Shown one piece after another: positions 9,470-19,524 of a DNA stretch of 64,000 nucleotides. The stretch lies in assembly GCF_000007005.1 (NCBI RefSeq), contig NC_002754.1; one strand, written 5' to 3'. The stretch comes from Saccharolobus solfataricus P2 (GTDB lineage: Archaea; Thermoproteota; Thermoprotei_A; Sulfolobales; Sulfolobaceae). A program made the translations under genes and the position numbers. The notes under the pieces were generated by a model. The model did no database searches. It was not told where the DNA came from and was given only the letters and a program-made list of their open reading frames with translations. Positions within the stretch are counted from its first letter, which is position 1; the number at the start of each line of letters is the position of its first letter.

Positions 9470-10135
9470 ATGGAAAAAGCTTATGACTTTGAGGTAGAAG
9501 CTCCTCCAGAGGTGGTTAGAGATTATCTCATGAATCCTGAAAACTTAATGAAATATATTCCTCATTTTAAGGATTTAAAACGAGTTGACGATGGCTGGGA
9601 GTTATATGTAAGCTGGTTATTTACAATAAAATTAAAAGTTAAGAGAGTTTTCACTAATACAGATATCATCTATTTAGTGGAAAAAAGTGAAGGTTTAATA
9701 AAGATAAAATCCAGTTTAAGGTTTACAATTTTTCCTTCGAAAGGAGGAATTACTATAGTAAGGTTAGTATTCTTTTATGATGGACCATTTGAAAGTATAG
9801 TCAAGGGGCAAGCTGATGCGTTCTATAGAAAAGGAAAGGAAGTGTTTAAAACTGAAATGACAAAGGAAAAAAGGATTCAAGAGGAACAGAATGGCGTAAA
9901 GGGAGAAGTATCAATTTACGAAATGAAAACGATATTTTCGGGTAAAATAAATAAGGATGAGTTAGAAAAGTATCTGGAAATAGCGATGGTTAAGAGCGTT
10001 AATTCAACAGTTGTTGTAATTTTATCTGATGAGAGAAATATTATAGAGATAAAATTTAAGGGAGGAGAGCTAGTGGCGCAGAAAGGGGATTTAGACAGTC
10101 TTTCGTCTCCAATAACAATATTAATAAAGCAATAA
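9470..10135 (+). CDS. SRPBCC/START-like ligand-binding protein (STK_08120/CoxG-like)
   Basis: N-terminal FEVEAPPEVVRDYLMNPENLMKYIP pattern. Confidence 0.6.
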   Translation: MEKAYDFEVEAPPEVVRDYLMNPENLMKYIPHFKDLKRVDDGWELYVSWLFTIKLKVKRVFTNTDIIYLVEKSEGLIKIKSSLRFTIFPSKGGITIVRLVFFYDGPFESIVKGQADAFYRKGKEVFKTEMTKEKRIQEEQNGVKGEVSIYEMKTIFSGKINKDELEKYLEIAMVKSVNSTVVVILSDERNIIEIKFKGGELVAQKGDLDSLSSPITILIKQ

Positions 10136-10754
10136 AGGTTTTATTATGAAAATTTTTCTAGAAAATTATAACTTTTATCATTTAGAATCTTGAATGTTTT
10201 TATCTTAATTTCACTCCTTTATAGTTTAAGGGTATCTAATAATTTATAAATGAAGAGAAGAAATTTACCTATTCCTCGGAGGGTGACAGTGTATTATCCC
10301 TTAAGCCGTTGCTGAATTAGAAAAGCCACGGGTAAACGCTTACTATGGGTTTACGTACCTTTTACTTTTATTTTTTCCTAAGTACTTAAAAGGAACCTTT
10401 AGTGCGGCATGGTTCTACTTAGGGTTGAATGGCGAGGCTTTCCGCCCCCTTAACCCCCGTTTTCTGTAATGAAGCCTTGCGAAAGTGAATTGCCTGTTCA
10501 ATGCTTTCTCGAAATTCAGGCGAGGTTGCTTGAAGTGGTTGAATTCATTGCGACGCATATGAACGCAAGATTTTAGTGAAAAACACAGCTGCGTTTTTCA
10601 CTGGCAAAAGAAGTTGTAATACCGGGATTTAGTGAGAATTGTTTATTTTTGTTTTTTAGTAGACGGTAATATTGGACGGTTCTTTAATTCACGTTAAGTA
10701 CGTAATAATTTATGATAGAAAGATTTATAGACATTTTTCATAAAGTGGATTAGT

Positions 10755-11152
10755 ATGAAGAAAGGTAGGAAAGGATTAAGTAATGCAGTAACTGCTCTAA
10801 TATACTGGTAATAGCTTCAGTAATAATAGCATTAGTAGTTGTTGGATTTGCTTTCGGGCTATTTGGTGCTTTTGGTGCGCAACCGAGAATATCGGTAGTA
10901 AACGCATACGTACAAGATAATCAGCTATATGTTATACTGCAAAATACTGGTAATGCACCAGGTACGATAACTGCAATTATAATAAACGGTGGAGCACCTA
11001 CTTCTGCAAGTATTCCAGTTCCTGTTGGGACAACAATTATATCTACATCTCTACCATCAAGCTTATCTCTCTCCCCTGGCCAGTCAATAAGCTTTACTTT
11101 AATTACTAGTAATGGTGTAGATATACCGGGAACAGCAATAGTAGAAAGCTAG
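10755..11152 (+). pseudogene. Archaeal type IV pilin with a 2-bp frameshift
   Basis: MKKGRKG|LSNAVTALI class III signal; extra TA at 10803-10804; the shifted frame LVIASVIIALVVVGFAFGLFG... is open to TAG at 11150-11152. Confidence 0.85.
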
Positions 11153-11159
11153 AGCGATA

Positions 11160-11215
11160 GGATATGATTAACAAAAAGGTATTTCTTATTTTTCTTTTTG
11201 TTCTTTTAATTTACC
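11160..11215 (+). terminator. T-rich terminator after the pilin gene
   Basis: TTTCTTATTTTTCTTTTTGTTCTTTT run. Confidence 0.4.
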
Positions 11216-11289
11216 CATTTATAGTTTCCTCCTCATTATCTATAGGTTCCTTTGTCATAAAAATTATCAAGCTAATTGAAAATAGGACG

Positions 11290-11336
11290 AGAGGTTGAAT
11301 ACAAATTCATGAAACCTCAATGAAAGTCCGACCCCT
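11290..11336 (+). mobile_element. Isolated IS607-type right-end fragment
   Basis: ATACAAATTCATGAAACCTCAATGAAAGTCCGACCC resembles the ends at about 37872-37915 and 38225-38258. Confidence 0.5.
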
Positions 11337-11359
11337 ACCTAAGATACGGTCCTACTTTT

Positions 11360-12151
11360 TTATAAACTAAACTTACCGAACAGAAAAGGAATACCTCTGG
11401 CTAAGTAAAGTATATAAAGGGTAAGTCGTCCTTTAATACCACCAACGCATATTTCCCTCCTCTTCCTGCTCACAGACGTCATAAAGGAGTAAGGAGTGTC
11501 TTTAAGCACTTTCAAGCTCTTCCCGTAACGGTAATACTTCCTCACGATCTCCTTCAGGGTAAAATCGCCGTAGTGGTAAACTAACTCGTCTTTTATTACA
11601 AAAATGTCGTTAGAGAATCCGGATGCCTCGTAATAAATTAGCTCGTGATCCGGGAAAACCACTTGGCTGAACTTTTCTCTCAAATTTTCCCTTAGCTTCT
11701 CTAACGAAGCAGTCAGTAACTCCCTCTTGAATAGCCTAGGCAAGGCAAAGCCCCTAACCGCTTCCGGTGAGTTACATTCCATTATGTTCTCCTTGTCCAA
11801 CTGGGCAGCCCTACTCCAGAACGAGTCACCTAACTCCCTCTCGCCTATTATAACCATGTCGTGAAGGTTCTTAGAGAGTATCTCAAGAGCATCTTTCCTT
11901 AAGGGTCTCGTCTCGTCAAGCAAAAAAGCGTAATCACCCCGGCTCTCCTTGTTAGCTAAATAACGAGCTTCCAAAAGTTTAACGTCTTTTCTCACTTCTT
12001 TGAAACCGTACTCGTGAACTATATCACTGATTACTCCTCCTCCAGAGTTAACCACTACTACTTCATAATCTTGAAAAGTTTGCTCCCTTATTGATTCCAA
12101 GACCTCTCTTAAGTACTTACCGTGAAGTGCTGGGATTTGAATTGAAAACAC
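11360..12151 (-). CDS. GT2 glycosyltransferase
   Basis: FSIQIP...LESIREQTFQDYEVVVVNS and FLLDET. Confidence 0.85.
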   Translation of the reverse strand: MFSIQIPALHGKYLREVLESIREQTFQDYEVVVVNSGGGVISDIVHEYGFKEVRKDVKLLEARYLANKESRGDYAFLLDETRPLRKDALEILSKNLHDMVIIGERELGDSFWSRAAQLDKENIMECNSPEAVRGFALPRLFKRELLTASLEKLRENLREKFSQVVFPDHELIYYEASGFSNDIFVIKDELVYHYGDFTLKEIVRKYYRYGKSLKVLKDTPYSFMTSVSRKRREICVGGIKGRLTLYILYLARGIPFLFGKFSL

Positions 12152-12529
12152 ATAAGAAAGAAGATGAAGTAATTAAAGAGTTTTTACCTATTCATTTCTC
12201 TCAAGCTACGAAACGTTTTATCTGCTCTCCCATTTACGTCTACAAAGAGAATTTTAGCTACTGAGCAGAATTTTAACAGTAATGAGACTCAACACCGGCT
12301 GAAGACCTACCTCACATTGACCCCTACATAATAGGTTGGCAACACTTTCAGTGGGCATGCTTATTGTATTTGGCTTCGAGGTCTACTGCGGTAAAGTCTA
12401 CAGCTGGACAAACGTAATTTGTGAGAAGAATAACGTAAAGCTTTGCTAGTTGCGTAGTCGAGGAGGAGTTTCGCTGAACTTACTAGTTAATTTTGTAGCG
12501 GATAAGTATCTCAGTGTCTTTATTAATTA

Positions 12530-12863
12530 TACGACTTTCGAGAACTGGCATTCAGTAATGCTCAGTATTCATAAAGAGAGGATAAAGTGTAAACTAAGAA
12601 ATGGGCAACTACTGTATTTGAAACCTAACGAGATAGTCTTGCTCGCTGGGCTAAAGATCGTTGAACTTAATGAAGATAGTGTGAGATTTCAATTTAATGG
12701 AAGGGTTGGAAATTAAGTTATCCAGGTGATTCCTTCTCAGATTATTGGAGAATAGACGTTAGGGGAAAGAGAGTGTTAGATATAGGAGCAGGGATTGGGG
12801 ATTCCCCAATTTACTTTTCCATTGCAGGAGCGAAAGAGGTGGTAGAAGTAGAGAGTAAGAAAG
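12530..12863 (+). pseudogene. Partial duplicate of the FkbM gene at 18784-19518
   Basis: Near-identical to about 18835-19196 apart from three small deletions. Confidence 0.85.
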
Positions 12864-13679
12864 TATATAAATCTCAGCAGTTCCAAAATAGTAATTACTC
12901 TTATAAAGATAATTTTTAACGTAAATAACGTGTGCATATAGTAAGAATAAAAACCAAGGATTGGCAAAAACTGAAATACCATAAGCTGTAGGTGAATAAT
13001 TACCAGCTTTAACATTTATGGAATTGTTAATAACTGAAATTACTTCCCTACTATTAAGAATTGATAAGGCCTCATTGAATAAGCTACTGTAACATGAAGA
13101 CGGTACGAGGACTATTTTAACAATTCCGAGGTTATTACTAATAACGTGAATTTGGTGGTTAACTAGATTTAATTTTCCTGCTAAAACCCAGCTAACATTG
13201 TATTAGGAATAATTATATAAAATGTAAATTAAATACTACTGTATTAAATTAAAATGTACTTAAAACTGCTGCGCTTTCCTAAAATGATAGAATGAACATA
13301 AATTTAAAAAATTAGAATCGTTTAAAGATATTGTTACTGCGTGTAGATATTTTATTATTCCTAGTAAATTTAAAGAATATATAGATAAAATACTCGGTAA
13401 ACCTTTAGAATCATCAAATATAATTACTAAGACTGGCTAAACCATCAGATACGTCACTCTACATACATAGCACTCTTCACAGAGGCGTTTCTTTTTATAT
13501 TTGGATTTATTCTCAACAAAAATTAGACAGAAAAGGATTAATGACCTAGATACATGGATAAAAGACTGAAATTTTACAAGAAAAATTTATAAATGCATGA
13601 CACTATTTATAATTATATACGTATACTTTTCTCTAATAATTTTGTAACCAAAAGATTTATATCTCGTCAAAGATAGAGA

Positions 13680-14612
13680 TTGTTGATGAAAATACTTATA
13701 AGTGGAGGAGCGGGATTCTTAGGTTCTCATCTAACAGAGGCATTGTTAGAAAAAGGAGAGGAAATAACAATAGTTGATGATCTATCAACCGCAAAATACT
13801 TTAATATACGAAAAGATGTAGAATTTATTAAGAAAAAAGTTGAGGAATTTGAGACAGAAAAAAAGTACGACGTCGTCATCCATTTGGCAGCTAGACCTTC
13901 ACCGGAGGACTACATAGAACATCCAGTAGATACAGCTCTTTCTAATTCACTAGGTACTTACAAAATGCTCGAAATAGCCAGAAAAAGTAATGCAAGATTT
14001 ATATACACATCTTCATCTGAAGTATATGGTTCTGCCTCAATAATTCCGACCCCTGAAACGTATTGGGGTTACGTAAATCCTATAGGAATAAGGAGCTGTT
14101 ATGACGAAAGCAAGAGATTCTCAGAAGCTTTGATAATGGCTTACCACAGACAATATAAGTTAGATACAAGAATCCAGAGGCCTTTTAATGTATATGGCCC
14201 TGGTCTAAGAGAAGATGGAACTTATGGTAGAGTGGTTTCAAGATTTATTTATCAAGCACTAAAAGGAGAGGACGTAACAGTGTTCGGAGATGGGAATCAA
14301 ACTAGAGCTTTTCTATATATATCTGACTGGGTTGATGCTACAATAAAATTAATATACAAAGATGGACTAGAAGGTGAAGTATTTAATATAGGTTCAGACA
14401 AAGAAATAAAGATTATTGAGTTGGCTAATATGATAATTAAGCTTACCGGTAGCAAATCTAGAATTAAATATCTTCCCCCTAGACCAGATGACCCACCTAG
14501 GAGAGCAGCTGACATAACTAAGGCTAAGGAAAAATTGGGCTGGTATCCTAAAATTTCCTTAGAAGAGGGATTAAAACTTACCATAAATTGGTTTAAGGGT
14601 GTATTAAAATGA
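13680..14612 (+). CDS. UDP-glucuronate decarboxylase-like NAD-dependent SDR
   Basis: GGAGFLGSHL, SSSEVYG, YWGYVNPIGIRSCYDESKR, FNVYGP (UXS-type motifs). Confidence 0.8.
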   Translation: MLMKILISGGAGFLGSHLTEALLEKGEEITIVDDLSTAKYFNIRKDVEFIKKKVEEFETEKKYDVVIHLAARPSPEDYIEHPVDTALSNSLGTYKMLEIARKSNARFIYTSSSEVYGSASIIPTPETYWGYVNPIGIRSCYDESKRFSEALIMAYHRQYKLDTRIQRPFNVYGPGLREDGTYGRVVSRFIYQALKGEDVTVFGDGNQTRAFLYISDWVDATIKLIYKDGLEGEVFNIGSDKEIKIIELANMIIKLTGSKSRIKYLPPRPDDPPRRAADITKAKEKLGWYPKISLEEGLKLTINWFKGVLK

Positions 14613-15838
14613 GAATAGGTGTTGTAGGATTAGGTGTTGTAGGATTAGTAACGGGGGCAGTATTAGCAGATCAAGGACATGAAGTAGTTGGAGTAGACAT
14701 TGATCAAAATAAGGTTAAAGGTTTACAGTGCAACCGTTCTCCCATTTATGAACCAGGTTTAGATGAACTTCTCTTAAAAAATAAGAATAGATTTCTCTTC
14801 ACCACAGATTACTCCGCGTTAAAAGACGTGGATATTGTCTTTATTACAGTCGCTACACCTACCGTAGAAGGGAAGAACTATATAGGCTATGTTTTAGACG
14901 CTGCTAAGACTATGAAACCTTACCTTAAGAGGGATGCGATCGTTGTTGTGAAAAGCACAGTAGTTCCAGGTACAAGTAGAAAAGTAAAACAGATAGTAGA
15001 GAGGGAAGTAGTAGCTAACCCAGAATTTCTAAAAGAGGGTAGTGCTGTAATAGACACCATTAAACCTGATAGGATAGTTATTGGAAGTGATAGTAAAGCG
15101 GCTGGAGATGTAATTGAAAACTTATGGTCATTTACAAAGACTGTGGTTTTAAGGACTTCAATTGAAGAAGCTGAAATGATCAAATACGCTGCAAACTCTT
15201 TTTTAGCGACAAAAATTTCATTTATTAATGAAATAGCGAATTTGTGTGAGGTAATACCTAACTGTGATGTCAATACCATAGCTAAAGCTATAGGATTAGA
15301 TAAAAGGATAGCTCCCTATTTCTTAAACGCTGGCTTAGGTTACGGAGGTTCATGTTTCCCTAAAGATACTCTAGCTTTTGCATCCTTTGCTAGAGAATTA
15401 GGCGAGGAATTAAAAATAGTAGAAGCCGCGATAAAAGTTAATGAGGAAAGACCTAGAAGAGCTGTAAAGATAATGGAAGAGTTATTAGGCGAACTAAAGG
15501 GTAAAACAATTTGTATTTTAGGTATTGCATTTAAGCCTAACACGGATGATACTAGAGAAAGTGTAGCGTTAAAAATTGCTAAACTTTTAGTCGATATTGG
15601 GGCTAACGTCATAGCATATGATCCTAAGGCTAAAACATCGTTAGTGGAAATGGTAAGCAGTAAGGAGGAGTGCGTGAAGAGATCAGATGGTGTAATAATA
15701 GCAACAGAATGGGATGAATTCAGAGGCATAGAGCATATGCTTAAAGATAAGGCTGTCTTAGATGGTAGAAGAGTTCTTGACCCTAATAAGATGTCAAGAA
15801 GTAAATATAGGGCAATAGGATTATCTAAGGTGAGGTAA
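14609..15838 (+). CDS. ugd: UDP-glucose 6-dehydrogenase
   Basis: GLGVVG, NPEFLKEG, GYGGSCFPKD, FKPNTDDTRES. Confidence 0.95.
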   Translation: MRIGVVGLGVVGLVTGAVLADQGHEVVGVDIDQNKVKGLQCNRSPIYEPGLDELLLKNKNRFLFTTDYSALKDVDIVFITVATPTVEGKNYIGYVLDAAKTMKPYLKRDAIVVVKSTVVPGTSRKVKQIVEREVVANPEFLKEGSAVIDTIKPDRIVIGSDSKAAGDVIENLWSFTKTVVLRTSIEEAEMIKYAANSFLATKISFINEIANLCEVIPNCDVNTIAKAIGLDKRIAPYFLNAGLGYGGSCFPKDTLAFASFARELGEELKIVEAAIKVNEERPRRAVKIMEELLGELKGKTICILGIAFKPNTDDTRESVALKIAKLLVDIGANVIAYDPKAKTSLVEMVSSKEECVKRSDGVIIATEWDEFRGIEHMLKDKAVLDGRRVLDPNKMSRSKYRAIGLSKVR

Positions 15839-15840
15839 AT

Positions 15841-16608
15841 ATTCACGCAGTAATTACCGCAGCTGGTTTGGGCACTAGATTACTTCCAGCATCTAAAGAA
15901 ATTCCTAAGGAAATGTTTCCTATCCCTTTTAATGGGCAATTTAAACCTATAATTCAGATTATTTTCGAACAGTTATATGACATCGGAATAAGGGACTTCG
16001 TTATTGTAGTCGGAAGAGGGAAGAGAGTTATTGAGGATCACTTCACACCAGACTATGACTTTATTAATTACCTCGAAGCTAAGGGCAAGGTTATCCAAGC
16101 AAATTATTTAAGGCAATTTTACCAGAAAGTTGAGAATAGTAGAATAGCTTTTGTTAATCAACCAGAACCTAAAGGTTTCGGCGATGCGGTGCTAAGGGCA
16201 GAACCTTTTATTCAAGGAGAATTTCTAGTAGTGGCCGCGGACACAATTCTACCCATGATACCTATATCATCAATGGTTGTTAACTCATTTTTAGTTACTA
16301 CTGTCCAAGACCCAAGACCTTACGGTGTCGTTTTAGTAGATAAGCAGGGGTGTGTGATAGATATAGAGGAGAAGCCGAAGCAGCCTAAGTCTAACTTGGT
16401 CGTAGTTCCTTATTACATGTTTGATGAAGAGATATTCGATGAATTAAGACAAATAAAATACGAAGAGGAATTGCAATTGACAGATGGTATTAAAGGTCTT
16501 ATAAAAAGGGGTAGAAGATTCAAGGCTATAATGGTTGATAAAGTTTACGACTTAGGCACTGTCGAGAATTATATAGAATCCTTAAGAAGATTACTAAACA
16601 ACGATTAG
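15841..16608 (+). CDS. galU: UTP--glucose-1-phosphate uridylyltransferase (apparent ATT start)
   Basis: HAVITAAGLGTRLLPASKEIPKEM, QPEPKGFGDAV, EEKPKQPKSNL; GGTGAGG SD motif at 15829-15835. Confidence 0.8.
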   Translation: MHAVITAAGLGTRLLPASKEIPKEMFPIPFNGQFKPIIQIIFEQLYDIGIRDFVIVVGRGKRVIEDHFTPDYDFINYLEAKGKVIQANYLRQFYQKVENSRIAFVNQPEPKGFGDAVLRAEPFIQGEFLVVAADTILPMIPISSMVVNSFLVTTVQDPRPYGVVLVDKQGCVIDIEEKPKQPKSNLVVVPYYMFDEEIFDELRQIKYEEELQLTDGIKGLIKRGRRFKAIMVDKVYDLGTVENYIESLRRLLNND

Positions 16609-17057
16609 TATTTAAATTTTAACTTGCTATAAATTCAATACTATTATTTTTGATAGAAAACGTCCCAAATGTTGAAAGAAGTTAAGCTTGGCAAAGAACT
16701 ACAGTCAACTGATAGTATTAAAAATTAATAAGAATGTTAATTTTAGAGCAGTTAGAGTAATCGATACTTATGATTTAGGTAAGTTTGAGAGGGATATCAT
16801 ACATCAATATTATTTAAATATTGCATACAAAACGAAAATAACAATAATAGTTCTAAAGGTATTGCAGTAGCAATTTATCTATGGAAAAGCTTTTCATATC
16901 TAATTTCATTATCTTACTTGCCTTGGATATCATAATATCAGCCTATGACAAGGGAAGCTCTGGAATATCCTCATACACTTTAGAAGTAGCTAAACTGCTA
17001 TCAAAGGATTTTAAGAAAGATTATATTTAAAAACTTTGGCACCATAGATATACATGC

Positions 17058-17834
17058 ATGATGGTCGACTTACGACCTTTTACGGGGATTCCAGCTAAGG
17101 CGATACTCTCACGGAGAAGTGACTTTGCCGCATTTTATCAAGTTATAATAGAAAATATTTACTCTCACCTACTTTCAAGTATTAGAGAAGGAGATGTAGT
17201 TATAGATGCAGGGGCCAATATAGGCTTGTTTTCTATCCTTGCATCATTTAAGGTTAAGGAAAAGGGAAGAGTTATTGCTATAGAACCTGAGCCCAACAAC
17301 TTAAAAATCTTAAAACAGAACGTAGAGTTAAATGGACTAAACAACGTGATCATTATTCCTAAAGCACTGTACGACAAACCAGGTAAAAGGGTCAATATGA
17401 GAGGAGAAGGTGTAGGAGCTTTTGTATCTGAGGACGGTGAAGGTACTGTTGAGACGACCACTCTTGACGTGATAGCAGAAGAAAACCGTTTAAGACCTAG
17501 AATACTTAAAATGGATATAGAAGGAGCTGAAGGTAAAGCGCTTCTCGGCAGCATAAACACCGTGAAATACCTAGAACTAATTGAGATGGAGGTACATGAC
17601 GAGGAAAACATGAAACAAGTTGAGGAAATACTATTTAGGTTTAAGTTTAAAAAGAAAGAGGTGGCAATAGAGGATTTAAGAAACGTTTACAGACAGTTCA
17701 TAAGGCATCCAATTAATATACTTAGGATTGAGGCAGCTAATAGGTTTTCTACTACAAAACGTGTATTATTATCAAGAATTAATGGTGGTAAGGTTTCTCT
17801 TTTCCCCAAACAAATAGTTTACTATAGGGGCTAG
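17058..17834 (+). CDS. FkbM-family methyltransferase
   Basis: VIDAGANIG, IAIEPEP, KMDIEGAE. Confidence 0.9.
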   Translation: MMVDLRPFTGIPAKAILSRRSDFAAFYQVIIENIYSHLLSSIREGDVVIDAGANIGLFSILASFKVKEKGRVIAIEPEPNNLKILKQNVELNGLNNVIIIPKALYDKPGKRVNMRGEGVGAFVSEDGEGTVETTTLDVIAEENRLRPRILKMDIEGAEGKALLGSINTVKYLELIEMEVHDEENMKQVEEILFRFKFKKKEVAIEDLRNVYRQFIRHPINILRIEAANRFSTTKRVLLSRINGGKVSLFPKQIVYYRG

Positions 17835-18166
17835 TGAATGGCTTCTCGTCATTGCTAACTTGTTGGAAAAACTACGTCGCCATAATCTTTGCATCTACGC
17901 TTTTATCTTTGTTATTTTCATTCTTGAACTTGCTTATATCTGCAAGTATACTCACACTATTTTATCTCATAGACTTAATTGTACCGCCATTTTATCCAGC
18001 TAACGTGATGGAAAAGCCTATAGTCTTCCTTTCTCCGATCCTAATTATATCGATTACAATTTATATTTTGGTGAAATTATTTTTTAGTAATTTAATATTT
18101 TTTATATCTCTTATTATATTGTTTATTCTAGACGTGATATTGTCGTTTAAAAGAGCAAAAAATTAA
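17834..18166 (+). CDS. Small membrane protein
   Basis: Mostly hydrophobic 110-aa ORF coupled to the FkbM gene. Confidence 0.45.
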   Translation: MNGFSSLLTCWKNYVAIIFASTLLSLLFSFLNLLISASILTLFYLIDLIVPPFYPANVMEKPIVFLSPILIISITIYILVKLFFSNLIFFISLIILFILDVILSFKRAKN

Positions 18167-18408
18167 AAATAATTCATGTGGAATACTTAACGCCGAGAAT
18201 ATTGTGAGTTCTGATATCCTTTGGACTTATAGCATACTGAAAATTTCTGGTTTGATCAGTTTACTTGAAAGATAGAATATAACCGAGCAAATTTCTCTAA
18301 AGGCTACCAATATTATGAAACTATTTAAAAAGTTAAATTGTAGAGTAATAAAATTGGAAACACATATTTAATCTTTTATTATTTTACTAGAATCGTAAAG
18401 GTGCTCTA

Positions 18409-18750
18409 TCACCTCCCCAAAACATCGATTGAGGAAATCTCTAAAGGAATCTCAGTAACGTTTACGTCAAGTATAAACGGGGTTATGCCCTTCTCCCTAA
18501 TTTCCATCTCAGCAAAAGATGCTATTTCCACACAGTAGGCGTTAGTGAAATGAAACTTGTTAACGTAGTAAGACAAGTTCTCTCCAGTACCGCAGCCTAT
18601 TTCTAATATCGACTCTTTACTTTTTGCAAATTTTTCAATCGCGTCCTCAGTTAGTTTTATCCTCCTAAGCATGTGGGCTGTTAACTCTAACTTAGCGTAG
18701 TGTTGCTCGTAGAATTCCTTTATTGGGTCTTTAGGCATATATGAGTACAT
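18409..18750 (-). pseudogene. Truncated class I SAM-dependent methyltransferase
   Basis: ILEIGCGTG motif I; ends just after SIDV. Confidence 0.7.
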
Positions 18751-18783
18751 AATGTTTATATTTAAAAAACCTATTGTGGAAAT

Positions 18784-19518
18784 GTGGAGTTCATTCCGCC
18801 TAAACGATTGCTTGAATTAATAAGACAATATAGTACGACTTTCGAGAACTGGCATTCAGTAATGCTCAGTATTTATCTTCATAAAGAGAGGATAAAGTGT
18901 AAACTAAGAAATGGGCAACTACTGTATTTGAAACCTAACGAGATAGTCTTGCTGGCTGGGCTAAAGATCGTTGAACTTAATGAAGATAGTGTGAGATTTC
19001 AATTTAATGGAAGGGAAATTTGTTTGAAGGGTTGGAAATTAAGTTATCCAGGTGATTCCTTCTCAGATTATTGGAGAATAGACGTTAGGGGAAAGAGAGT
19101 GTTAGATATAGGGGCAGGGATTGGGGATTCCCCAATTTACTTTTCCATTGCAGGAGCGAAAGAGGTGGTAGCAGTAGAAGTAGACAGTAAGAAAGTTGAA
19201 CTAATGAGGGAAAACTTAAAGGCTAACAGTATCAATAACGTTATTGTGGTAGACAAGGGCGTAGGCATAAAGGACGATGAAAATTATATCAGTTGGCCAA
19301 AATTAATCTCTAATTATGGTCCATTTGATGTAGCTAAAATAGACTGCGACGGATGTGAGAAAATCATAGTCCCTTATATCAAGGAAATACCGAGTTTGCT
19401 CATAGAATGGGATTATAACTATAAGGATATAGTAAGTAATCTGACTAAAAACGGGTATAAAGTAAAAGTTGAGCACACCCTAAAGAACTTAGGGTTTATT
19501 TATGCAAAGAAGCGGTGA
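18784..19518 (+). CDS. FkbM-family methyltransferase
   Basis: VLDIGAGIGDS, AVEVD, AKIDCDGCE. Confidence 0.9.
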   Translation: MEFIPPKRLLELIRQYSTTFENWHSVMLSIYLHKERIKCKLRNGQLLYLKPNEIVLLAGLKIVELNEDSVRFQFNGREICLKGWKLSYPGDSFSDYWRIDVRGKRVLDIGAGIGDSPIYFSIAGAKEVVAVEVDSKKVELMRENLKANSINNVIVVDKGVGIKDDENYISWPKLISNYGPFDVAKIDCDGCEKIIVPYIKEIPSLLIEWDYNYKDIVSNLTKNGYKVKVEHTLKNLGFIYAKKR

Positions 19519-19524
19519 TAAACC

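Noticed and set aside
12160-12480. Possible IS or ncRNA remnant
   Set aside because: No motif or internal homolog I could support.
12870-13620. Fragmentary reading frames
   Set aside because: Interrupted by stops and not assignable to a family.
14297-15846. Minus-strand ORFs of 95, 119 and 168 aa
   Set aside because: Antisense shadows of the decarboxylase and ugd genes.
16688-17000. 60-aa ORF, possible ATPase fragment
   Set aside because: No diagnostic motif; too short.
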